64,000 nucleotides of DNA, taken from the NCBI GenBank assembly GCA_950097015.1, contig CATNEN010000007.1, positions 6,324,001-6,388,000 of the forward strand, in the 5' to 3' direction. The stretch's first letter is position 1; every line of letters begins with the position of its first letter. The translations under genes were made by a program, and so were the position numbers. Below, piece after piece: positions 1-11,500 of the stretch. The notes under the pieces are model-generated. The model ran no database searches and was not told the origin of the DNA. It worked only from the letters and a program-made list of their open reading frames with translations. This DNA comes from Macrostomum hystrix. Lineage: Eukaryota; Animalia; Platyhelminthes.

Positions 1-1905
1 GGACATGAGCGAGATCCCGCGATGCTCCTCCTTCTTTGTAGTGCCCGGCTTCTTCGGGATGCCGACGATGGTGGCCTGGGTCCACTCGCGGGGCGCAGGG
101 CCTCCCGCCAGGACGCCGTTCATCACGCGGGCCACCTCGGTGGCAACCCTTGTGACTCGCAGTGCCTCTACGGGGACCTCATCCGGACCGGGGGCGCGGC
201 CTCCCGGTGCCCTGCGGGCGAATTCCACGATGTCGGTGCTGGTCACTGGACTGGTGTCGAAGTCCTCCTGCCGCGGTAGCGCCACCTCGGGGGGCAGCGG
301 CATCTCGTTCGGCAGAGTCGGCGGCGGCGCGTTGACAATGGCGGCGAAGAAGGTGCGCAGCTCGTTTCTGCGCTCCTCGGCAGTATCGCCAGCCAGGTTG
401 AGCGCCGCTTTCGTTTTGCGACCGGTGAGGGCGTTCACAACGGGCCAGACGACCCTGTTCTGCCGTTCAGGCCCGACAGAGGTGACAGCCCGGATCGCGT
501 CGTCAACAGCGGCTTTCTGTCGACTTGCGTAGGCGTCTGCCAGGGCTTTCTCGGCATCGGATGTCGGTCGCCTGGCTCGCCGCAGCTGCTCGACAGTGCG
601 GCGGGCCTCACGTACCTCCGGGTCGCTCGCCCAGACTGGAAGTTGCCGTGACGCGGGTTCCATAAGCGGCAGAGTCTTGGCAGCGGCAGTGGCGATGGCT
701 GAGCTAATTGTGCTGTAGTCCGGCGCCTGCGCTGATCCCAGGGCGGTCGCGAAGGCGTACGCAAACCTGCTGCGGGTGCCTGGGTCTTGCAAGGCGCGGA
801 AGTACCTTCTTCTAGGGCGTTTTGGTGGTCGGTACAGCGGATCAGAGAGCCTCAGGTCGCAGTAGAGCAGGCGATGGTCGGACCGGACAGCCAGGGGTTC
901 CATTGTGTCGCAGTTCTGCAGCCGGCTGCGTTCGCGATGGCGAATCAGCACGTGGTCGAGCTGCGCCAAGCGGGTCGTAGCGAATCGGCCTCGCGCGTTC
1001 CGCCTCCTTCGCTTGCAGCCGGCGAATGTCGCCAGCCGGTTGGGCGGTTTGCGGAAGCGCGTGTTGGCTGACACCAGGTCGAGCCTCGCCATCAGGTCCG
1101 CAAGCGCGGCGGTGTTGGCGTTCTGGCGTGGCGACACAAACGGGCAGCGCTGGGACCGCGGCGCTACGGCGTTGAGATCACCAAGCATCACCACAGTGTC
1201 GCGATGCGCCACCATCTCGAGCTGCTCCGACAGGAACTCGAAGAATTCCTGCGCCTCCTGCTGATGGGCAGCTGTGGGAGCGTACGCACAGAAAAGCCGC
1301 ACATTGCGGCGACGTAGTCTCACGTCCACGCGCAGCAGTCGGGCTGACAGGCTGACGCAGCAGATGCTCTCGCGTAGCCGTGGTCCGACAAGCACGCCGA
1401 CTCCTCCACGGCCTCTGCTGTCCGCTGACGTGTAGTGCAGCGTCCAGCCGCTCCCCAGATCCTCACGGTGTAGGCCAGACTCAGCAGTGATTGACACCTC
1501 CTGCAGCATGACGAGGTCCAGCCGCAGGTCAGATGCCAGCTTTGCGAGCATGCCCCTTCTCCAGGCAGACTTTAGCGTTCGGCAGTTAAAGGTTGCTAGC
1601 CTTAGAGCGCGGTTTGTAAAGGCTGGGGCCCGATGTTGGTGGGCCTCACGGTCCCCGGCGCCACCCGGCGGAGCCGACTGGGCGGGGGTCGGCAGATCAG
1701 TGTTGCCGGCAGACTGGCGGAGGCGGCCTTTCATTCGCCCTCGCCGGTTGCGTTCCCTTCGCCGCTCGGTGCGACGTCGGGTGCTTCGCTGTCCACGCCG
1801 TCCTCCCAACCTGCCGCACTTGGCAGCCGCAGCACCAGGGCGCGGCTCTCCGTGTTGGCCGAGGCAAGCGCTGGGGACTCCAGCGTCACCAGGAGGCGGC
1901 GGCAT
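1..1905 (-). mobile_element. Non-LTR retrotransposon (RTE-like) ORF2: APE endonuclease plus N-terminal part of reverse transcriptase; 5'-truncated, continues off the window
   Basis: Minus-strand frame from ATG 1905/1734 to base 1 (absent from the ORF track, consistent with no stop in the window) reads LATFNCRTL..LDLVMLQEV..GGVGVLV..FCAYAPT..VMLGDLNA..QLDHVL..SDHRLL (APE motifs), then RAPGPDEVP and EWTQATIVGIPKK..HRGISLMS (RT domains 0-1). Confidence 0.93.
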
Positions 1906-1920
1906 TTATTTGCACTAGGG

Positions 1921-2413
1921 TGCAAATAATTTAACACTGCAAATAATTTAACACTGCAAATAATTTAACACTGCAAATAATTTAACACTGCAAATAATTT
2001 AACACTGCAAATAATTTAACACTGCAAATAATTTAACACTGCAAATAATTTAACACTGCAAATAATTTAACACTGCAAATAATTTAACACTGCAAATAAT
2101 TTAACACTGCAAATAATTTAACACTGCAAATAATTTAACACTGCAAATAATTTAACACTGCAAATAATTTAACACTGCAAATAATTTAACACTGCAAATA
2201 ATTTAACACTGCAAATAATTTAACACTGCAAATAATTTAACACTGCAAATAATTTAACACTGCAAATAATTTAACACTGCAAATAATTTAACACTGCAAA
2301 TAATTTAACACTGCAAATAATTTAACACTGCAAATAATTTAACACTGCAAATAATTTAACACTGCAAATAATTTAACACTGCAAATAATTTAACACTGCA
2401 AATAATTTAACAC
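1921..2413. repeat. Homogeneous 17-bp tandem repeat (TGCAAATAATTTAACAC) x29
   Basis: Perfect 17-bp periodicity read directly. Confidence 0.98.
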
Positions 2414-2415
2414 TA

Positions 2416-2497
2416 CCAGTAACTATACAGACCTCCCAGTAACTATACAGACCTCCCAGTAACTATACAGACCTCCCAGTAACTATACAGACCTCCC
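2416..2497. repeat. 20-bp tandem repeat (CCAGTAACTATACAGACCTC) x4
   Basis: Read directly. Confidence 0.95.
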
Positions 2498-2537
2498 TGC
2501 AACCAGCGACCTCCAACGAACACTGAAATCCTCACAG

Positions 2538-5500
2538 AACGGCAGTCTGGGAAGCTTCAACATCATCGACGGCATCACATCTGGGATTATTCGCCTCCAG
2601 CGCACTCTGGACTTCGACGCCGGTCCGCGCCAGTACGTCATGAGCGTAGCCGCCGCCGAGCTGCCAACTGAGGCGGCCAGCCAGCCGATGGCTCTGACTG
2701 GCTATGCCACCCTGGTGGTGAACGTACTTGACTTCGACGACCAGAACCCGGCCTTCTCACAGAACTCCTACTCACTCTACTTCATGGAAAATGTGAGTGA
2801 GTGGTTGGTTGGTTGGTTGGTTGGTTGGTTGGTTGGTTGGTTGGTTGGTTTGTTGGTTGGTTGGTTTGTTGGTTGGTTTGTTGGTTGGTTGGTTGGTTGG
2901 TTGGTTGGTTGGTTGGTTGGTTGGTTGGTTGGTTGGTTGGTTTGTTGGTTGGTTGGTTTGTTGGTTGGTTGGTTGGTTTGTTGGTTGGTTGGTTTGTTGG
3001 TTGGTTGGTTGGTTGGTTGGTTTGTTGGTTGGTTGGTTTGTTGGTTGGTTGGTTAGTTGGTTGGTTTGTTGGTTGGTTGGTTTGTTGGTTGGTGTTTGCT
3101 ACCTTAATTGAAATCATCAATACTTAAATACTTAAATCATTTCATTAACTCCTCGCAGAACACAGACTATGTAAACACATCGCTGACAACCAGTCCACCG
3201 TTGTTAGCATACGATCTGGATGTTGGCATCAACCAGACCATCAACTATGCCATTGTTTCAGGTGGGCTGAATTCTCTTGTACTCGTAAAAAACAGTGTTT
3301 GAATTTCTATGTTATGCCTTAATCGTGTTTACGCTCGCTAAAATTCTGTATATTATAAGCGGAGACTGCACCTGGTTTTGCCCGCATTTGACAATTTTCA
3401 AGTTATTAAAGCTACTGTGTCCTCCTTATACAGGCTATTGGTGGACGGCAACAGGTATATCATCAATCATTTTCTGCAGCTAAACCGTGCTTAACTCTTT
3501 AACAAAGTTCAACTGCCAGACTAAAAATGACACGCATCAGTTATAATGTTACTTTTTTATCGCTTGCAGTGCCTGTAACCTTGGTGATGGGTTGGTAGCA
3601 GCAATTACGACATGACCGAACCTAACCCAGGTGTTACCAGTAAGGGCCCGCAATAAACTCGCCGACCTCATCATCGCAGGCTCCCAGATCGACAACGCCA
3701 GCTTCCTGACCATCAACACCACCACCGGACAGTTCAGAGTGGTTAGCCTCATCGATCGCGAGAGCCTGCCAGCCAGCCAGCTGTTCGTGCTGGTCAAGGT
3801 GCGTAATTAAGGCACTGCGAGCTCTTCGACACTCGCCTAAAAGTACATCCGTCAACTCTGGCCTCCCTATACCCTTTCAGAGCTACCAAACTGACAAGCC
3901 GGACACGCGGGTGGCGCTGACCCTCGTGCTGGTGATGGTCGGTGACAAGAACGACAACAGCCCGATCATGTCCGCCATCGCCTACTCAGCCGCCATTGTT
4001 GAGAGCTCGCCGGCTGGCAGTTTTGTTATCGGCGTGACCGCCTCCGACAGGGACCTGGTAGGTGAATGGGATCAGAAGGGCTGGCTAAAATCAGAAGGGA
4101 TCGCAGTCAGTAATTCTGTGCTTGGACCGAGTGGAAATCTAGGCCTTGGCGTCCTGTTGCCCATCCAAAAGACGATAGAGCAAATTTTGTCAAAAATAAC
4201 TTTAACAGGGTGACAACGCCACAGTCAACTACCACCTGAGCGATCCGAGCGGCGCTTTTCAAATCGATGCGGCTAGTGGTCACGTGACAGTGGCCAATGC
4301 CAGCCTGCTTGACAGGGAGATCACGCCAGAGTTCAATGTCACTGTGAGTAACTGAAGCAACAGCAACAAGCAGTAGTCCACTGAAGTATCGGGAAGTACT
4401 ATTAGTTCACTACAGTATCGGGAAGTACTATTAGTTCACTGCAGTATCGGGAAGTACTATTAGTTCACTACAGTATCGGGAAGTACTATTAGTTCACTGC
4501 AGTATCGGGAAGTACTATTAGTTCACTACAGTATCGGGAAGTACTATTAGTTCACTGCAGTATCGGGAAGTACTATTAGTTCACTACAGTATCGGGAAGT
4601 ACTATTAGTTCACTGCAGTATCGGGAAGTACTATTAGTTCACTACAGTATCGGGAAGTACTATTAGTTCACTACAGTATCGGGAAGTACTATTAGTTCAC
4701 TGCAGTATCGGGAAGTACTATTAGTTCACTACAGTATCGGGAAGTACTATTAGTTCACTGCAGTATCGGGAAGTACTATTAGTTCACTACAGTATCGGGA
4801 AGTACTATTAGTTCACTACAGTATCGGGAAGTACTATTAGTTCACTGCAGTATCGGGAAGTACTATTAGTTCACTACAGTATTGGGAAGTACTATTAGTT
4901 CACTGCAGTATCGGGAAGTACAATTAGTTGACTACAGTATCGGGAAGTACTATTAGTTCACTGCAGTATCGGGAAGTACTATTAGTTCACTACAGTATCG
5001 GGAAGTACTATTAGTTCACTACAGTATTGGGAAGTACTATTAGTTCACTGCAGTATCGGGAAGTACTATTAGTTCACTGCAGTATCGGGAAGTATTATTA
5101 GTTCACTACAGTATCGGGAAGTACTATTAGTTCACTGCAGTATCGGGAAGTACTATTAGTTCACTGCAGTATCGGGAAGTACTATTAGTTCACTACAGTA
5201 TCGGGAAGTACTATTAGTTCACTGCAGTATCGGGAATTGCTTGTATTCCACTGAAGTGTCGGGTTGTGCTTTTGGTTCACGGATGTACTTTGAAGTTGCA
5301 GATTCAGATTTAAAAAAACTTGAAAATGCTTTGAGTTAAAGTATGACAGATTCTACGAAACAGGTCTGGTCACAAGAAACGTCCACACCGGAGAGGTACG
5401 CCTCGCCGCCATCTAGCCTGAACATTCGACTTATCGATGTCAACGACAACTCGCCGGTGTTTCTGAATGCCAGCGGCTACAGTGTCACAATGGACCGCTC

Positions 5501-8500
5501 AAATGCCACGCCGAGTGCGGCTTTGATCACGCTCGTTGCTACGGACGCTGACGCCGGGGAAAACGGTCAGATAACTTACAGTCTAATCTTTGTCAGCGTT
5601 CCAGGAGCGCAGTCTTTGTTTAGCTTGGACTCCGGCAGCGGACTGCTCAGCGCTGCGGCAGGATTGTCGACTGCGCCTCTTGATCAGTGAGTGACGCGAT
5701 AGCTTCTCGGGATCTATGATAGGCTTTGGTGATGAAGAAACCAATTCCTTTCCTTGCTAACATTTTTATGATGATTCAGTGCTCAGTCTTTCATCCTTCC
5801 TAGACCAAACAAATCTCTACTTCACTCACCTTTCCCAGGTACCACCTGTTCGTTATGGCGGAAGATCGCGCCGATCCACCTTCTAATCGTCGGCGTTCCA
5901 TTGTCTCGGTGACGGTGACGCTGATGAGTTCCACGACGACCAGCACGACCAGCAGTGCGACAACAACACCCGCTGCCGTCACCACTACCGCCACGACCAC
6001 TGCCTATGCTGCAACCACTACCGCGGAGACCACCACTACCTCCTCTGCTACCACCACCGCCCCTGCCACAACCACCACTACCACCGCTGCCGCCACCACA
6101 ATGAGCAGCAGCAGCAGCAGCAGCAGCAGCCCGGCTCCAACCACAACTACAAGGGCTGAAACAAGTAACCCGACGACTCCGACAACTATCGCCAGTACAG
6201 CCGCATCACCAACGACTTTGCCTGTGACGTCAACGACGATGGCAACGACCACGGTTCCGTCAGAGGTGTGGAATGCCTCGATGGCCGTGGCTTCGATCTG
6301 GATCATCAACAGCAGCCACGTGCTGGTTGAAGTGAGAAGTTTACTTCGTATTATTCTTCTTTTAATTAAAAGTCTGAAATTCTAGTTCCAACTTCCCTGC
6401 TTAAATTATTCAGTTGCGAACCACGCACCGCGGTAGCCGTGGCAACCAGACTGTCACTTTAGAAACCATCGCCCTGCCCGTCAACGCCAGCCTCGTTTCC
6501 CAGCTGACCACAATGCCGACTTCAGCTGCGACTTCAGCAGCGACCAACTCAAAGTCAGAGTCGCCCGCCGCAAATTCAACAACGACAACAGCTCGGCCCG
6601 ACACCACAACGACAGTTCAGCAGGTGCCGACACTGCCGCAGCCTCCGCCGCTGGGATTAATCGTGGCCTGCGCGCTGCTTTCCCTGGCAGCCGCCACCCT
6701 AGCCCTGGTCCTCGGCTGGTTTTGCTTCGAGCGCTCTCGCCTGAGGGCCGTGACCTCCTCGCAGGCGGCCACTATTGAGAGCCTTCAGCAGAAGACCAAT
6801 CCAATCTTCTCCAACGGGCAACACCCAACGCAAGGCGAAATCGGGCCGGACAGGTGAGAGACGGCACATTGTCCATGAGCTCTGCTGCGCTCGTGCTTTT
6901 TATAACACTCATTTACCAGGCCTCACAAAAATGCGTACACGGGAAAACTCTCACCCAGTCCGACCAGCTTCGGAGGCGGTCACTCGCAGCCTGACGGCTC
7001 GGCAGCCATCTACGTGTCGCAGCAGCTGGCGCCGGACCCCGCCTACCAGACTCTGTCCTTCTCCATCGCTGTGGCAGACAATTAGAACCCATTATAAATA
7101 GCTTGTAGTACGAGCTTAACTCCTCCGGAGGAGGAGGTTGAGGGGATCAAACTCCCATCGACTCATCTCCCATCGCCTCATATTCCATCGCTTGATCTCC
7201 CATCGCCTCTTCTCCCATCGCCTCTTCTCCCATCGCCTCTTCTCCCATCGCCTCTTCTCCCATCGCCTCATCTCCTATCGCCTCATCTCCTATCGCCTGA
7301 TCTCCCATCGCCTCATCTCCCATCGCCTCATCTCCCATCGCCTTATCTCCCATCGCCTCTTCTCCCATCGCCTGATCTCCCATCGCTTGATCTCCCATCG
7401 CCTCTTCTCCCATCGCCTCTTCTCCCATCGCTTGATCTCCCATCGCTTGATCTCCCATCGCTTGATCTCCCATCGCTTGATCTCCCATCGCCTCTTCTCC
7501 CATCGCCTGATCTCCCATCGCTTGATCTCTCATCGCCTTATCTCCCATCGCCTTTTCTCCCATCGCCTCATCTCTCATCGCTTGATCTCCCATCGCCTCA
7601 TCTCCCATCGCTTGATCTCCCATCGCTTGATCTCCCATCGCCTTATCTCCCATCGCCTTTTCTCCCATCGCCTCATCTCTCATCGCTTGATCTCCCATCG
7701 CCTCATCTCCCATCGCTTGATCTCCCATCGCTTGATCTCCCATCGCCTTATCTCCCATCGCCTTTTCTCCCATCGCCTCATCTCTCATCGCTTGATCTCC
7801 CATCGCCTGTTCTCCCATCGCCTCTTCTCCCGTCGCCTCATCTCCCATAGCCTCATCTCCCATCGCCTCATCTCCCATCGCCTCATCTCCCATCGCCTAC
7901 AGTTAGAGACCCGCCAATTTCGTCAATTGAATTTTAACCCAGCCAACTCTGCCCCAGCCCATCGTACGCACTTGAATATTGAACAAATCAGACACCTCAG
8001 TATTAGTTGACACGCGACAACCTCTCCGCCAATACACAGAGTCTCTCCGCCCCATTTTCAAGCCGACTCCACTGAAGAGAAAATACACTAAACAGATAGG
8101 CCGAAATGATAGCGCAACCACTTTACCGACTCCAGTTTTCTCAGCTCAAAAGAAAATAGTGTCCAGAGAAGGTTACGAAATCATTTTTCTGCTTTTTTGA
8201 GGATCTTAGAATTTGAAATTTCAGAATTAAAATAGCCTATAGCCGACTTTGGAAAATTTCCCATTTTTCCATATAAGTTTCAACGCTGATTTGCCAGTAT
8301 TCAAGGAGGATATGTCGAAATGACAGACAAACAACACGTGAATTTTAGTATATTTATACGAGCAGAATTCCTCGGAGGAGGAAGTTGAGGGGAGACAAAT
8401 CCCATCGCCTCATCTCCCATCACCTAATCTCCCATCACCTAATCTCCCATCACCTAATCTCCCATCACCTAATCTCCCATCGCCTCAACTCCCATCGCCT

Positions 8501-11500
8501 CATCTCCCATCGCCTCATCTCCCGTCGCCTCATCTCCTGTCGCCTGATCTCTCATCGCCTCAACTCCCATCGCCTGATCTCCCATCACCTAATCTCCCAT
8601 CACCTAATCTCCCATCGCCTCAACTCCCATCGCCTCATCTCCCATCGCCTCATCTCCCGTCGCCTCATCTCCTGTCGCCTGATCTCTCATCGCCTCATCT
8701 CCCATCACCTAATCTCCCATCACCTAATCTCCCATCACCTGATCTCCCATCACCTGATCTCCCATCGCCTCAACTCCCATCACCTGATCTCCCATCGCCT
8801 CATCTCCCATCACCTGATCTCCCATCGCCTCAACTCCCATCACCTAATCTCCCATCGCCTCAACTCCAATCACCTGATCTCCCATCGCCTCATCTCCCAT
8901 CACCTGATCTCCCATCGCCTCAACTCCCATCACCTGATCTCCCATCGCCTCAACTCCCATCACCTGATCTCCCATCGCCTCATCTCCCATCACCTGATCT
9001 CCCATCGCCTCAACTCCCATCGCCTTATCTCCCATCGCCTCTTCTCCCATCGCCTGATCTCCCATCGCTTGATCTCCCATCGCTTGATCTCCAATCGCCT
9101 CTTCTCCCATCGCTTGATCTCCCATCGCTTGATCTCCCATCGCCTCTTCTCCCATCGCCTCTTCTCCCATCGCCTCTTCTCCCATCGCCTCTTCTCCCAT
9201 CGCCTCTTCTCCCATCGCCTCTTCTCCCATCGCCTCTTCTCCCATCGCTTGATCTCCCATCGCTTGATCTCCCATCGCCTCTTCTCCCATCGCCTGATCT
9301 CCCATCGCTTGATCTCTCATCGCCTTATCTCCCATCGCCTTTTCTCCCATCGCCTCATCTCTCATCGCTTGATCTCCCATCGCCTCATCTCCCATCGCTT
9401 GATCTCTCATCGCCTTATCTCCCATCGCCTGTTCTCCCATCGCCTCTTCTCCCGTCGCCTCATCTCCCATAGCCTCATCTCCCATCGCCTCATCTCCCAT
9501 CGCCTCATCTCCCATCGCCTACAGTTAGAGACCCGCCAATTTCGTCAATTGAATTTTAACCCAGCCAACTCTGCCCCAGCCCATCGTACGCACTTGAATA
9601 TTGAACAAATCAGACACCTCAGTATTAGTTGACACGCGACAACCTCTCCGCCAATACACAGAGTCTCTCCGCCCCATTTTCAAGCCGACTCCACTGAAGA
9701 GAAAATACACTAAACAGATAGGCCGAAATGATAGCGCAACCACTTTTACCGACTCCAGTTTTCTCAGCTCAAAAGAAAATAGTGTCCAGAGAAGGTTACG
9801 AAATCATTTTTCTGCTTTTTTGAGGATCTTAGAATTTGAAATTTCAGAATTAAAATAGCCTATAGCCGACTTTGGAAAATTTCCCATTTTTCCATATAAG
9901 TTTCAACGCTGATTTGCCAGTATTCAAGGAGGATATGTCGAAATGACAGACAAACAACACGTGAATTTTAGTATATTTATACGAGCAGAATTCCTCGGAG
10001 GAGGAAGTTGAGGGGAGACAAATCCCATCGCCTCATCTCCCATCACCTAATCTCCCATCACCTAATCTCCCATCACCTAATCTCCCATCACCTAATCTCC
10101 CATCGCCTCAACTCCCATCGCCTCATCGCCCATCGCCTCATCTCCCGTCGCCTCATCTCCTGTCGCCTGATCTCTCATCGCCTCAACTCCCATCGCCTGA
10201 TCTCCCATCACCTAATCTCCCATCACCTAATCTCCCATCGCCTCAACTCCCATCGCCTCATCTCCCATCGCCTCATCTCCCGTCGCCTCATCTCCTGTCG
10301 CCTGATCTCTCATCGCCTCATCTCCCATCACCTAATCTCCCATCACCTAATCTCCCATCACCTGATCTCCCATCACCTGATCTCCCATCGCCTCAACTCC
10401 CATCACCTAATCTCCCATCGCCTCAACTCCCATCACCTGATCTCCCATCGCCTCATCTCCCATCACCTGATCTCCCATCGCCTCAACTCCCATCACCTAA
10501 TCTCCCATCGCCTCAACTCCAATCACCTGATCTCCCATCGCCTCATCTCCCATCACCTGATCTCCCATCGCCTCAACTCCCATCACCTGATCTCCCATCG
10601 CCTCATCTCCCATCACCTGATCTCCCATCGCCTCAACTCCCATCACCTGATCTCCCATCGCCTCATCTCCCATCACCTGATCTCCCATCGCCTCATCTCC
10701 CATCACCTAATCTCCCATCGCCTCATCTCCTATCGCAAAATCTCCCATCGCCTCATCGCCTCGGAATCGTAGCTAGAATCGTACCCGGAATCGTAGCTAG
10801 AATCGTACTCGGAATCGTAGCTAGAATCGTACCCGGAATCGTAGCTAGAATCGTACTCGGAATCGTAGCTAGAATCATACCCGGAATCGTTGCTAGAATC
10901 GTACTCGGAATCGTAGCTAGAATCATAAACGGAATCGTAGCTAGAATCATACCTAGAATCGTAGCTAGAATCGTACTCGGAATCGTAGCTAGCACCGTAC
11001 CCGGAATCGTAGCTAGAATCGTACTCGGAATTGTAGCTAGAATCATACCCGGAATCGTTGCTAGAATCGTAATTGGAATCGTAGCTAGCACCGTACCCGG
11101 AATCGTAGCTAGAATCGTACTCGGAATCGTAGCTAGAATCATAACCGGAATCGTAGCTAGAATCATACTCGGAATTGTAGCTAGAATCATACCCGGAATC
11201 GTTGCTAGAATCGTAATTGGAACAGAACCAAAAGCGTCTGTTCTTTGTTTTGTTTTCTTAACTCAGTTTGCCGTGTTTACAGATTTAACTAAATATTTTC
11301 ATTTTCTTCATTCGTCATTACTTAGATCCTGTTTAAATCTGGTAAACAATTCATGCTGCTTTTGTTTGAAATTTGCATTTCAACTAATTTTTTTATTCCG
11401 CGCTACTCGCGTTTGACCAGTGAGTAGTATGATGCAGGCGTAGCAGCTGTCTTTTCTGAATTTATTCCGAAAAAGTCTTTCATAAACACTATTTAGCGCC

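Noticed and set aside
5-1929. Plus-strand ORFs over the LINE, and antisense ORFs over Sin3, DTL, CRAMP1 and the CD36-like gene
   Set aside because: Shadow ORFs of GC-rich coding sequence on the other strand or frame.
7138-11190. Long HRLIS / MGDEA / ILATIP ORFs
   Set aside because: Translation artefacts of 15- and 24-bp repeats inside an intron; no splice or codon evidence.
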